Below, in pieces: positions 47,675 to 56,366 of a stretch of DNA of 64,000 bases; positions within the stretch are counted from its first letter, which is position 1, and each line of letters starts with the position of its first letter. The stretch comes from Candidatus Woesearchaeota archaeon (GTDB lineage: Archaea; Nanobdellota; Nanobdellia; Woesearchaeales; ARS49), in the NCBI GenBank assembly GCA_003599055.1, contig QZIM01000002.1, positions 517 through 64,516 on the forward strand. The letters are read 5' to 3'. A program made the position numbers and the translations under genes. Below the pieces are notes generated by a model that worked only from the letters and a program-made list of their open reading frames with translations, did not search any database and was not told the DNA's origin.

Positions 47675-47962
47675 TTAGTCTGTGCCTAAATATGCAAAGA
47701 CTGCTTCTCGAAATGATGCTGCAATGGTGTCCGGTCGCTGCCCAAGAGCAAGTCTGTTTGCCATTTCTTTGGCTGCCCAGTTGATTGCATCGTCGATTGT
47801 CTTGCCGTGCTGTCTGCATTCAAGGTCTGCGCCGTAAAGGATTGCTCCAAGAGCAAGACGTTCAGTGTCGCCTTGCGGGTACGTTAATTCCTGGCGCGTT
47901 TCACGAATGTACGCTTCTTCTGCTTTGTGTGCAAAAGCGAATGCGACCGTGTGCATATTCAT
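47675..47962 (-). CDS. hypothetical small protein
   Basis: ATG 47962 avoids overlap with tfb. No family recognised. Confidence 0.4.
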   Translation of the reverse strand: MNMHTVAFAFAHKAEEAYIRETRQELTYPQGDTERLALGAILYGADLECRQHGKTIDDAINWAAKEMANRLALGQRPDTIAASFREAVFAYLGTD

Positions 47963-47969
47963 AAAAGAA

Positions 47970-48896
47970 CTATCTGCCTTTCTTCTTTTTCTGTTTCTTG
48001 AGCTCTTTGTCAAGTTTCAGGCGGTCGAGAAGTTCCTTGTAGCGGTTTCTAATCGTGACTTCAGTGACGCCTGCAACATCGGCAACTTCGCGCTGGGTTC
48101 TTTTCTCGCCGTGCATTAACGCGGCAACGTAAAGTGCTGCTGCGGCAATGCCGGTGGGTCCTCTGCCTGATGTTAATTCTTCCTGCTGTGCGCTCTCCAA
48201 AATTTCAACTGCTTTGGACTGCGTTTCCGCTGCAAGCTTCAAAGATGATGCAAAGCGTGCAATGTAGTCTGCCGGGTTTGAGGGCAAAATAGTTATGCCG
48301 AGCTCGCGCGTGACAAATCTGTACGTGCGTCCAATCTCTTTCTTTTCAATAGATGAAGCCTCGCTCAATTCATCAAGTGTTCTGGGCACTTCGTGGCGCC
48401 TGCACGCGGCGTAAAGCGCGCCGGAAACGACTGATTCCATGCTGCGCCCGCGGACAAGGCCGCGCTGGACTGCCTGCGTGTAAATCATTGCTGCTTCTTC
48501 TTCAACCATCTTTGGTAGCTTCAAAAAGCTGGATACTCTTTTCAATTCCGCAAGCGCAAGCTTCAAATTGCGCTCAATTGCCGTGCTGATGCGGTATTGC
48601 CATTTTCTGAGCCGAAAGAACTTGTTTCTGTCTTTGCCGCCGAGCTGGAAGAGGTCTGCTTTCTGGCCGACTTCTGTTCCAAGACCCTGGTCGAATTGGG
48701 TGTAGGTCATCGGGGCGCCTGTTCTGCGCCTGCTCTCTTCGCCGCCGTCGTCTTCAAATTCGCGCCATTCCTGGCCGAACTCAACGAGTTTTTCTTCTAC
48801 GACGAGCCCGCATTCTTTGCAGATGATTTCGCCCTTTTCACGGTTGATGAAAAGATTTTGACTTCCGCATTCGTTGCATTTGCCGGTATTGTACAT
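47970..48896 (-). CDS. tfb: transcription initiation factor IIB
   Basis: Start at ATG 48896. Zinc ribbon CNECG-x15-CKECG, B-linker, two cyclin folds, and a K-rich tail. Confidence 0.93.
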   Translation of the reverse strand: MYNTGKCNECGSQNLFINREKGEIICKECGLVVEEKLVEFGQEWREFEDDGGEESRRRTGAPMTYTQFDQGLGTEVGQKADLFQLGGKDRNKFFRLRKWQYRISTAIERNLKLALAELKRVSSFLKLPKMVEEEAAMIYTQAVQRGLVRGRSMESVVSGALYAACRRHEVPRTLDELSEASSIEKKEIGRTYRFVTRELGITILPSNPADYIARFASSLKLAAETQSKAVEILESAQQEELTSGRGPTGIAAAALYVAALMHGEKRTQREVADVAGVTEVTIRNRYKELLDRLKLDKELKKQKKKKGR

Positions 48897-49028
48897 ACGT
48901 TGCCACCCGCCCCAAAAACAGCCACCATCCTTCGCAAGAACGAAGGAATCTATATGTTTGAGGAGCAATATATTTATATACTGGTATTAAGAACTAATAT
49001 ATAAAGTTTTCTCTTCTCGTGCATATGT

Positions 49029-49304
49029 TTAGCACGGTCCTTGGCTGAATACGGGGTGGAACGGCGTGCTCCGCTCGCTGCAAAGGGCTGAACAATCCGC
49101 CGATGTCAAATCAACCGCTAATTTTGACGCCGGAACGACAAAAGGGTTGTTTTCTTCCGAACAGCAGCAAAAGCCAAGTGATTCTGCCTCTATTGGTGTT
49201 TGAGCAATGGCTCTTCCGGTTCCCCGGTACAGGAAGAAAAGTCCGGCAAGTGCCACAAGTACTACGATTACCAAAATAAGGTTGCTTAAATGGTCATTCT
49301 TCAT
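49029..49304 (-). CDS. CCC-motif small membrane-anchored protein, paralogue 3
   Basis: ATG 49304 (MKNDHLSNLILVIVVLVALAG...). Cys pattern FCCCSE-x21-CSALC-x15-C. ATGA overlap with paralogue 2. Confidence 0.55.
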   Translation of the reverse strand: MKNDHLSNLILVIVVLVALAGLFFLYRGTGRAIAQTPIEAESLGFCCCSEENNPFVVPASKLAVDLTSADCSALCSERSTPFHPVFSQGPC

Positions 49305-49723
49305 GAGACGTCTATCCAGCGGCATCGGCCGGTGTTGAGGAGCCGGGCTCCTCCTTTTGCGCATCCTTCTTCGCAGCGGGTTGCATAAACGATTTCTGTT
49401 GCGCCGATAGGAACATCGACATAAATGCCGTATTTGCTGAACCTGCCTTCTCCGGGGAGGTCGCAGCAGCACTGTCTTTTTTCAGGGATTTGGAGTGTGA
49501 AACTCGGGCAGGGGCAGTTTTCTTCGCCTTTCGGGCAGTTTTCTTTTTGCCATTGAAGGCACGAATAGCTGCGCAGGCCCTCAATGCTTTTCCCGTAGGT
49601 TTGCTGCACTTGATAAATATAATAGAACGCTGCGGATGCGAGGAGTACTGCAATGATGAAGCCGGCTACAGCGAGCCGTTCGTTGTGAATGTCGTGTTTT
49701 GGCTTTTGTTTTGTTTTTTTCAT
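49301..49723 (-). CDS. CCC-motif small membrane-anchored protein, paralogue 2
   Basis: 140 aa with a TM anchor and an extra CxxxxxxC.CPC region. Cys pattern QCCCD-x28-CEEGC-x12-C. ATGA overlap with paralogue 1. Confidence 0.6.
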   Translation of the reverse strand: MKKTKQKPKHDIHNERLAVAGFIIAVLLASAAFYYIYQVQQTYGKSIEGLRSYSCLQWQKENCPKGEENCPCPSFTLQIPEKRQCCCDLPGEGRFSKYGIYVDVPIGATEIVYATRCEEGCAKGGARLLNTGRCRWIDVS

Positions 49724-49992
49724 GGGTTCTCATTGCAAAGGCCCTGTTGGGGGAATACTGCGCCTTCGGAAGAGTAGCGCGTGCACGCTTCTTCGCAGTT
49801 TGCGGCATAGGTTTGGATTTGTGAGCGGACCAGCGTTCGTTCGCCGAACCGGTCTCCTGCAAGGATGTTGCAGCAGCAGGACTGGTACGGCTGGACCGCA
49901 GCGCCGGCAAGGGAGTCGCTGACTGCAACGTACCCTGCGAATGCGAGCGCGGTAATAAGAAAGACTCCAAGGACTGCGTGTGTTTCGTTCAT
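49720..49992 (-). CDS. CCC-motif small membrane-anchored protein, paralogue 1
   Basis: 90 aa with a TM anchor. Cys pattern SCCCN-x23-CEEAC-x15-C. Confidence 0.6.
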   Translation of the reverse strand: MNETHAVLGVFLITALAFAGYVAVSDSLAGAAVQPYQSCCCNILAGDRFGERTLVRSQIQTYAANCEEACTRYSSEGAVFPQQGLCNENP

Positions 49993-50089
49993 AAGGAGGG
50001 TGAGTTTTTTGGGTTATTTAAGGTGTTGGTATATACATTACGGCATCGGAAATGAAAAGCCACAAATAGGGCAGGCACAGGGGAATCGT

Positions 50090-50488
50090 ATGCACATTCG
50101 TTTTATCGTGGTGGGAAAGCCGTCGGCAGCATATCGCGTGCTGATTGCGGATTATGAAAAGCGCATCCCCAAGTATGCGCGTCTTGAAGTGTTTGAGGTA
50201 AAGTCCGAAGCGGATATTGCGGCAAAAGTAAAGGGCGTTCTGGTGGTTCTTGACAGCAAAGGCAAGGCGTTCTCAAGCGAGTCAATTGCGGCCTGGTTGA
50301 AGTCACAGCCAATTGTTTCTTTTGTTATCGGTGGTGATACCGGCCTTTCAGAGTCGTTCAAGAGGCAAGCAAATGTACTCTTATCATTTGGCGCAATTAC
50401 TTTGCCGCACCAGCTTGCGCGCCTCGTGCTCACGGAACAAGTCTATCGTGCGTTAACCATTCTTAAGGGCGAGCCGTATCATAAGTGA
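50090..50488 (+). CDS. rlmH: 23S rRNA (pseudouridine-N3)-methyltransferase RlmH (SPOUT)
   Basis: ATG 50090. VLDSKGK.FSSE..A, FVIGG..GL, and TLPHQLARLVLTEQVYRA..ILKGEPYHK. Confidence 0.87.
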   Translation: MHIRFIVVGKPSAAYRVLIADYEKRIPKYARLEVFEVKSEADIAAKVKGVLVVLDSKGKAFSSESIAAWLKSQPIVSFVIGGDTGLSESFKRQANVLLSFGAITLPHQLARLVLTEQVYRALTILKGEPYHK

Positions 50489-50490
50489 GT

Positions 50491-50594
50491 GTTCAGGAGT
50501 CAGTTTTCAGTTCTCAGAACGATATTTTTTGAGGAAAGAGAACACGGTGAATAGTAATCAGCGTCTGATAACTGAAGACCGAAAACGGGCAACT
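50491..50594. repeat. second locus of GAnAACY heptads, in inverted arrangement
   Basis: Minus strand 50491-50516 reads GAGAACT GAAAACT GACTCCT. Plus strand 50567-50594 reads GATAACT GAAGACC GAAAACG GGCAACT. Lies between convergent genes. Confidence 0.7.
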
Positions 50595-50597
50595 CTT

Positions 50598-51029
50598 TTA
50601 GTCGCCGCTGCTGTCAGAATATCCGTCGGGCAGGTTTGTCGCATCGCCGTCTTGGTCGTGGTATCTTGGGCCAAAGTCGTCTTGTGCTTCGACATTGGGG
50701 TCGTAGACTTCCTGTGAGAAGAGTGCGCGGGTTTTTGCCTTAAGGGCTTCTTTGCCGGTGGCGTCAGTGGTGATGGGCGGATAGAACGTTCCTGATTTTG
50801 GCCCGTCTCCCGCGGAAGTGACGGTCTCCGTTGTTTTGAATTCAGCGAGCGCTTCTGCGGCTGTTTTTCCGGTATCTCCTGTTTCAGCAGAGGCCGTGTC
50901 AGAAACGACTGCGGCGGTGATTCCGCTGCTGCCTGTTTCGGGAATTGCGACGCGTTTGCCGACAGTCTTACTTTCACAGGCCGCAAGAAGTAAGACGCTT
51001 AAGAGTGCAATAATCACCAGTTTTCGCAT
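50598..51029 (-). CDS. small acidic lipoprotein
   Basis: Lipobox LLAAC. T/E/D/G-rich mature part. Confidence 0.55.
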   Translation of the reverse strand: MRKLVIIALLSVLLLAACESKTVGKRVAIPETGSSGITAAVVSDTASAETGDTGKTAAEALAEFKTTETVTSAGDGPKSGTFYPPITTDATGKEALKAKTRALFSQEVYDPNVEAQDDFGPRYHDQDGDATNLPDGYSDSSGD

Positions 51030-51075
51030 ACCGTGAGTGCAGCAAATCTGCTATTTAAAGATTTATACAGTCGAG

Positions 51076-53625
51076 TTACTGGGCTCTTTTGTAAGCGACG
51101 AGGTAGAATCCGAGTGTTGGCGAGCGTCCTGTTTCCGGAATTGGGCGAAGTACAAATGGGTGGTTGTTGGACGAGTCTCTGCTTTGAATAAACGAGTACA
51201 GTCTTGCGTCCTGCTCGGTCATATCGGGAAGCGCGGCAAAATAACGCTCGCCGTCTTGTGTGATTATGCTGCAATTGGATAAGTGCAGGCCGGTTGGTGT
51301 GACTGCAAAGCGAGGGTCAGTGTATGCGATTGTGGTTGGGATAAGGAGTCCTTCGACTCCGTTTGCGCGAACTGCTGAAATCGAAACTGCTCTTCCTTCG
51401 CGCATTTGCGCGCCCCAAGGGTACGTCCAGCCGGATTGCGGCGCAAGGGCGCGTTCAAATTCAGCGGTTGTCGGCAGCCGCACTTCCCAGCGGTCATCAC
51501 TCTTCAATTCGCGAATCGCGCGCTCCATTCGCTGGGCGTATTCCTGTGCTGATCTTGCGGTAATGCCTGTTATGGGCAGTGCGCCGTCACCTGCAGTCCT
51601 ATCTCCCGTGTAGCTTAAGCGGTTAATCGGCCACCTGGTGAAATAAATGTCCTGTTCGCCCGGCTTGGTTCCCGGAATAAAGATGAACTCGCGGAGTTCT
51701 TCGGGTTGCCGAACTGCGATAGTGGCGTCTTGAGTGACTGCAAATGCTTGCCTGTAGCCGTTTGCTTCAAGTACGTATGATTCTCCTCGGCGAAGTGGAA
51801 GTGTGTGATTTGAGTTGTGCTGGTCTTGCGCGGGGAAAACGCGCTCAAAGCGATCTGATAGGATGCGGTCAATGTTCCACGAGCCCTGTCCGTTTGTTCT
51901 GATGGTGATATTCATTATGCCGTCAATTTGTCTTTTGTCTTCTGCAAGTGTTTGTTCGAGTGCTTCCCTGTCTGTTGCGTTGTCAAGAGCAAGGGCGTAG
52001 AGCCGTGCAGCGTCGTTGAATCGTTCCTGTGCAATCATTGCGCGCATTTCCGTGACGTATGTTTGCGCGCGCTCGCCCCGGACACTGCGTTCTGCTTCTT
52101 GCGCGCGCCGCAAAAGGTCACGCTCCCGGTCTGCTGCGTCAAGGTCTGCTTGTGCTTTTTCCTGTGCCAAGCGAAGGGCGGCATTTTCGCTTTTGCTTGC
52201 GCGATAACCGGATATTCCTGCGTAGACTGCGGCAAGGGTGGCAAGTCCTGCGAGAATCGGCACTTTGTTTCTTTTTACTGCGCGTACTGCTCTTCGTCCA
52301 GGCCCTTCGGGCATTGCAAGAATCGGCTCGCCCGCAAGGTAGCGTTTGAGGTCGTCTGCAAGTTCCTGCGCGGTTTGGTAGCGTTCTTCTTTTTTCTTGT
52401 TCAGCGCTTTAAGGGCGATTGTTTCGAGGGGAGGCGGGACGTTTTTTTCAAGCTGCGTTGGCCGCAAGGGAACGCGGTTGGGGTCTTGTGCCTGTTCTGC
52501 AAGCTCAAGGTAGTTTCGTCCGGCAAACGGCCGGGACAGGGTGAGCATTTCGTATAAAATGACGCCAAGGGAGTACACATCGGATCGCTCATCGACTTCT
52601 TTGGTGCGGCCTAATATTTGCTCAGGGGGCATATAGTCGGGGGTTCCAAGGACTGCTCCTTCAACCGTAAGTCCTCCGTCAGCGGAGGTGTCTTTGGCAA
52701 GCCCAAAGTCAATGACTTTTGGCGTTCCGTCTGCGGTGAGAAGGACGTTTGCCGGCTTGAGGTCGCGATGAAGGATTTTTTTCTCGTGGGCTGCAGCAAC
52801 CCCTCGTGCGGTTCCTTCAAGGACGTGCGCGATTTTTTGCCAGCGGTCTTTTCGGGCAACAATGGAGGGGAGTGATTTGTGCAGGTCTGCTGCGCCCGGG
52901 ATGTTTTCCATCGCGATGTACATTTGCCTTCCGTCGTGTCCGACTTCATAGACGCGAACCACGTTTTCGTGCTGGATGCGGGCAAGTGCCTGTGCTTCTT
53001 TTTTGAAGCGAAGGATGGTGTCCGCATCGGCTTGCCCAAGAATGGTCTTAACGACGACGGTGCGGCCAAGCTGCGGGTCGTGTGCGAGCACGGCGCGTCC
53101 CATTCCGCCTTTGCCAAGCTCGACCCAAACAGAGTAGCGTCCGATTTTTTCTTCAAGGCCGGACGGTTGTGCTGCGGCGGCAGGCGCGTGTTCATAGGGG
53201 TTGCCGGGTATGTTGAGTGTTCTTTGTGATGGTAATTGAGGAGGTTGCGGGATTGCCGCAAGGCGCGCGCTTGATTGGTGTGCTTGCGTTCCGTGCGGGC
53301 TTCCTTGCGGAGGGGGAACATCGATTGTTGCCGGATGGTACGGTTGCGCTTGCGGCATATTGATGTGCGGCGAGGATTGCGCAAACGGTGTTGACGTTCC
53401 TCCGTGGAATGCGCCGGTGACGAATATTTTCTCAAGGCGTTCGGGTGAAAGTTCGCCAAGGACTTGCCAAATGGTGCAGTTGCGCCGCTTGGCCTCTGCC
53501 TGCAGTTGTTCCCAGCGGGATTCGTTCACAAGCGCTTGTTTGAGCGCTTCATCTCCTTGGGAGTGCAGTCGGGTAAGGTACGCTCTTTTGTCCTGTTCGT
53601 TCCAGGCCATAAAGTCAGTAGGCAC
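51076..53625 (-). CDS. transmembrane Ser/Thr protein kinase with C-terminal FGE-sulfatase (C-type-lectin-fold) domain
   Basis: GKGGMG..VVVK, HRDLKPANVLL, VIDFGLAK, one TM helix, a coiled coil, and a C-terminal RLPTTAEFERA..GWTYPWG...LGFYLV. GGAGG lies 5 nt upstream of the GTG start. Confidence 0.85.
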   Translation of the reverse strand: MPTDFMAWNEQDKRAYLTRLHSQGDEALKQALVNESRWEQLQAEAKRRNCTIWQVLGELSPERLEKIFVTGAFHGGTSTPFAQSSPHINMPQAQPYHPATIDVPPPQGSPHGTQAHQSSARLAAIPQPPQLPSQRTLNIPGNPYEHAPAAAAQPSGLEEKIGRYSVWVELGKGGMGRAVLAHDPQLGRTVVVKTILGQADADTILRFKKEAQALARIQHENVVRVYEVGHDGRQMYIAMENIPGAADLHKSLPSIVARKDRWQKIAHVLEGTARGVAAAHEKKILHRDLKPANVLLTADGTPKVIDFGLAKDTSADGGLTVEGAVLGTPDYMPPEQILGRTKEVDERSDVYSLGVILYEMLTLSRPFAGRNYLELAEQAQDPNRVPLRPTQLEKNVPPPLETIALKALNKKKEERYQTAQELADDLKRYLAGEPILAMPEGPGRRAVRAVKRNKVPILAGLATLAAVYAGISGYRASKSENAALRLAQEKAQADLDAADRERDLLRRAQEAERSVRGERAQTYVTEMRAMIAQERFNDAARLYALALDNATDREALEQTLAEDKRQIDGIMNITIRTNGQGSWNIDRILSDRFERVFPAQDQHNSNHTLPLRRGESYVLEANGYRQAFAVTQDATIAVRQPEELREFIFIPGTKPGEQDIYFTRWPINRLSYTGDRTAGDGALPITGITARSAQEYAQRMERAIRELKSDDRWEVRLPTTAEFERALAPQSGWTYPWGAQMREGRAVSISAVRANGVEGLLIPTTIAYTDPRFAVTPTGLHLSNCSIITQDGERYFAALPDMTEQDARLYSFIQSRDSSNNHPFVLRPIPETGRSPTLGFYLVAYKRAQ

Positions 53626-53726
53626 GATTCCTCCTTTTAAGCTTTTCGGTTATTTGTTACTATGAAGTGGCGACTAATTGCGTGAGGAGAATCTTTAAAA
53701 AGCGGGCGCTTTCTGAAGAGGCATAT

Positions 53727-53822
53727 GCGGCCGTGGCACAACCCGGTACTGCGTCGGTCTCGAACCTCGTCGTGAGAACCGATTTCCGCAAGGATATCCC
53801 GGTTCAAATCCGGGCGGCCGCG
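53727..53822 (+). tRNA. tRNA-Ser(CGA), class II, 12-nt intron at 37/38
   Basis: Acceptor GCGGCCG/CGGCCGC with discriminator G. Anticodon stem TCGGT/ACCGA encloses CTCGAA-[CCTCGTCGTGAG]-A. Variable arm TCC-GCAA-GGA. T arm CCCGG-TTCAAAT-CCGGG. TATA-like CTTTAAAAAG sits about 30 nt upstream. Confidence 0.85.
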
Positions 53823-53859
53823 TACGGCAAGGACAGAGTCCTTTTCATAAAAATAACAA

Positions 53860-53935
53860 GGATTTGAACCGGTGTTGGAAAATCGCTGATGAAGTCAGTG
53901 ATTTTCCGTATCCGGTTCAAATCCGGGCGGCCGCG
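53860..53935 (+). repeat. tRNA-Ser-derived inverted-repeat element
   Basis: 53912-53935 equals tRNA 53799-53822 (24/24). GGATTTGAACCGG (53860-53872) is the reverse complement of 53912-53924. The inner 13-bp hairpin is GGAAAATCGCTGA-TGAAG-TCAGTGATTTTCC (53877-53907). Confidence 0.85.
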
Positions 53936-53979
53936 TTTCAGTCATTACACATTTAAAGGGCGGCCTGTTCAAGAGAACT

Positions 53980-54528
53980 ATGCGTTCGTATCTCTGTGCT
54001 GCATTTTTGCTTGCCGGCTGTGCTGCTCCGCAAATGAGGGCAGTTCGTCCGCCGGAGGCATCAGTGGATTCTGCGCTTGAGCAATCGCTCAGCGCGTCTT
54101 TTCCCGAAAGGAACGTGCGTGTGCAGTCTGCAGACGGATTGGAAGGCTCGGTTGATGCGTACATTGCCGCGCTGGACGGGAACCGGGCGTCAAGTGAGTA
54201 CGGAAGAACCGCTCTTTACCCGCTCGGCCATCGGATTCTCATTGACGCTCAGCGCCAAGTGGTGCGGGAAGAGTATGTGCCAAAATTCGTCCGTGCGCTG
54301 GAGTTTCACGCATTTTCGTGCACGATTGACGGCTATTTTCAGGAGACGCACGATGCGTACGCTGCGGCAATTGCCCTGCAGCCAAGCCCGCGTCTTTATG
54401 CGAAACGGGCGTGGGTTGCAAAATATCTTGGGCGGGCGGAATCTGCGGTGCAGGACCGCCTGATGGCGGATAATGCCTGGCCTGAGGTACGGACGGTGCA
54501 GCGTTGGCGGGATGAGCGCAATGATTGA
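53980..54528 (+). CDS. lipoprotein, unknown function
   Basis: Lipobox LLAGC. ATG lies about 25 nt downstream of ATTTAAAG. Confidence 0.5.
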   Translation: MRSYLCAAFLLAGCAAPQMRAVRPPEASVDSALEQSLSASFPERNVRVQSADGLEGSVDAYIAALDGNRASSEYGRTALYPLGHRILIDAQRQVVREEYVPKFVRALEFHAFSCTIDGYFQETHDAYAAAIALQPSPRLYAKRAWVAKYLGRAESAVQDRLMADNAWPEVRTVQRWRDERND

Positions 54529-55048
54529 GGTTGAGCTCCGCAGTTTTGTTTCAGAGGATGAATTTGCGCGCCTTCTTTCATTCTTTGCTGCAAGCGCAAA
54601 AGCGCGTGGTGATGACGAGCAGGTCACGTTTTATTTCAATGGCCCGGAAGACCTGCGTATCCAGCAGAATAAAACGCACAGCAAGGTCTGGCTGAAAAAG
54701 GGAAAATTGCACGATGACGCGCGGGAAGAGATTGAAATTAAGTGCGCAAAAGATGACTTCGCGCGCTTAGAATCGCTCTTTCTGGCACTGGGCTATACGG
54801 TCAATATCAAGTGGTTCCGGAAAAGAAAATCGTTCGACTGGAACGGCATCACGGTAACGCTTGATGACACCAAAGGGTACGGAAAGATTCTCGAGCTTGA
54901 ACTGCTCACAACTGAGGCGCAAAAAGATGCCGCGCTCAGGCGTCTGAAGGAATGTTTCAATGAGTTAAGAATTGCGGTTACGCCAAAAGAGGAGTTTGAG
55001 AGGAAGTTTGCGTTCTATAAGGAGAACTGGAAGTCGCTTATCTCTTGA
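54521..55048 (+). CDS. CYTH-domain protein (CyaB-like class IV adenylyl cyclase / triphosphatase)
   Basis: MIEVELR (ExExK-like start), a roughly 175-aa size, and alternating charged beta-strand pattern (EEIEIK, LELELL). Confidence 0.7.
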   Translation: MIEVELRSFVSEDEFARLLSFFAASAKARGDDEQVTFYFNGPEDLRIQQNKTHSKVWLKKGKLHDDAREEIEIKCAKDDFARLESLFLALGYTVNIKWFRKRKSFDWNGITVTLDDTKGYGKILELELLTTEAQKDAALRRLKECFNELRIAVTPKEEFERKFAFYKENWKSLIS

Positions 55049-56276
55049 TGCGGTCAGTCTGGAAGTATTTGCTCCAGGCGTTGTTGAGGGCAAACGAGAT
55101 TGGTTTTCCAAGGACGCGCTGCACGGATTGGGGGATGAGGAATGTGCGGTTCATTGAAAGGTACGGGGTGTATTCATTTTTCTTCGATGTGAGCGCGCGT
55201 TCGGCTGCCTGAATTCCGCTTGCGGCAGCCCACGGGAGCCCGACGCAGCCGGCAACAAAGGTGACGTGGGGTGCGTACGGGGCGGTGTCAACGATAGGGA
55301 GGAGGTCTTTGGTGGTGTCAATATGGCCGGGCCAGTATTGGATGAATTCAATGTGGTTGAGGACAGGGTGTTTTTTGCGCAGGTCGTTAATGACGTGCTG
55401 GATGACGCGCGAAGAGTGAACGTAGAACGGGGTGAAGGTGGTGAGGGCAGAGCCGCCGCCGACAAGAAGCCGTTTGTCGCGGGTGATGCGGTAGTAGGTG
55501 TAGACAAGTTTTGAGTCCCAGCACAGGACATCTTTTGTGGGGAAAATTGCCTTGATGTCGCTTCGCTCAAGCGGTTCGCTGACGGAGAGGAAGGTTTGTG
55601 CGTGGTAGATTTTGTGGGAGATTAAGCTGAACGTTTTTTCAATTTTATCAATGCACATAATGATGTGGTTTGCGGTCACGCTTCCCGTGTGCGTTTTTGC
55701 AACGTGTCCCGTGATGTCTTCAACCTGTGAGCCTTCAAAGATGCGGACGCCCAAGGAAAGCAGGGCCCGTTTGATTCCCTGTGCGTAGAGGAGCGGGTTA
55801 ATGCTGTACGTGTCATCATAGTGTACTGCGGCGGTGTACGCGTCGCTGTTGCAGTATTTTTTGAGCGCGCTTCCGATGAGGAGTTCGCTGTGGAGCCCGC
55901 AGTGTGCGCGGGTGGCGTTTTCACGGGTGACTGCGTTCTTTCCGCTGCGCCCGATTCCAAGGAAAATGCTGTCCTGTTTTTGCAGGTCGCAGGAAATGCG
56001 GTATTTTTTGATGGCGCGGGTGATGTGCGCAATGCCGTCGGAGGCAAACGTCCAAAGGAGTGTCGCTCCGTGCGGCCCGAACCTGCGAAGGAGTTGTTCG
56101 AGTTCCAGTTCGCTGTCGGGCGTGAGGAATCCTGCGCTTTTGCCGGTGGAGCTTCCGCCGCAGATGTTTTTTTCAAGCAGGACGACGTCTTTTCCTGATT
56201 CGGCAAGGCGGAGTGCTGCGTGAAGGCCGGCGATTCCTCCGCCGACGACAAGGATGTCGCACCGGATGTTTTTCAT
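55038..56276 (-). CDS. FAD-dependent oxidoreductase (DAO family)
   Basis: ATG 56276. Dinucleotide fold DILVVGGGIAGLHAALRLAESGKDVVLLEK. Confidence 0.8.
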   Translation of the reverse strand: MKNIRCDILVVGGGIAGLHAALRLAESGKDVVLLEKNICGGSSTGKSAGFLTPDSELELEQLLRRFGPHGATLLWTFASDGIAHITRAIKKYRISCDLQKQDSIFLGIGRSGKNAVTRENATRAHCGLHSELLIGSALKKYCNSDAYTAAVHYDDTYSINPLLYAQGIKRALLSLGVRIFEGSQVEDITGHVAKTHTGSVTANHIIMCIDKIEKTFSLISHKIYHAQTFLSVSEPLERSDIKAIFPTKDVLCWDSKLVYTYYRITRDKRLLVGGGSALTTFTPFYVHSSRVIQHVINDLRKKHPVLNHIEFIQYWPGHIDTTKDLLPIVDTAPYAPHVTFVAGCVGLPWAAASGIQAAERALTSKKNEYTPYLSMNRTFLIPQSVQRVLGKPISFALNNAWSKYFQTDRIKR

Positions 56277-56366
56277 CAGCGGCGGGCAGAATGCGGGGCT
56301 GCTGCCAAGAAGGGTCGTGTACCACCAGTTTTGCAAAATCATCAGTTCGGAAAACGTGCGGGAGTC

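Noticed and set aside
51076-51400. DGR variable repeat at the 3' end of the kinase-FGE gene
   Set aside because: I could find no reverse transcriptase ORF (no YxDD-type motif seen) and no second near-copy of this segment in the window. It is kept only as a check suggested in the kinase-FGE finding.
53886-53892. CUGAUGA in the loop of the tRNA-Ser-derived hairpin (hammerhead core or C-box?)
   Set aside because: There is no following stem II/GAAA element for a hammerhead. There is no D box (CUGA) at a suitable distance for a C/D sRNA.
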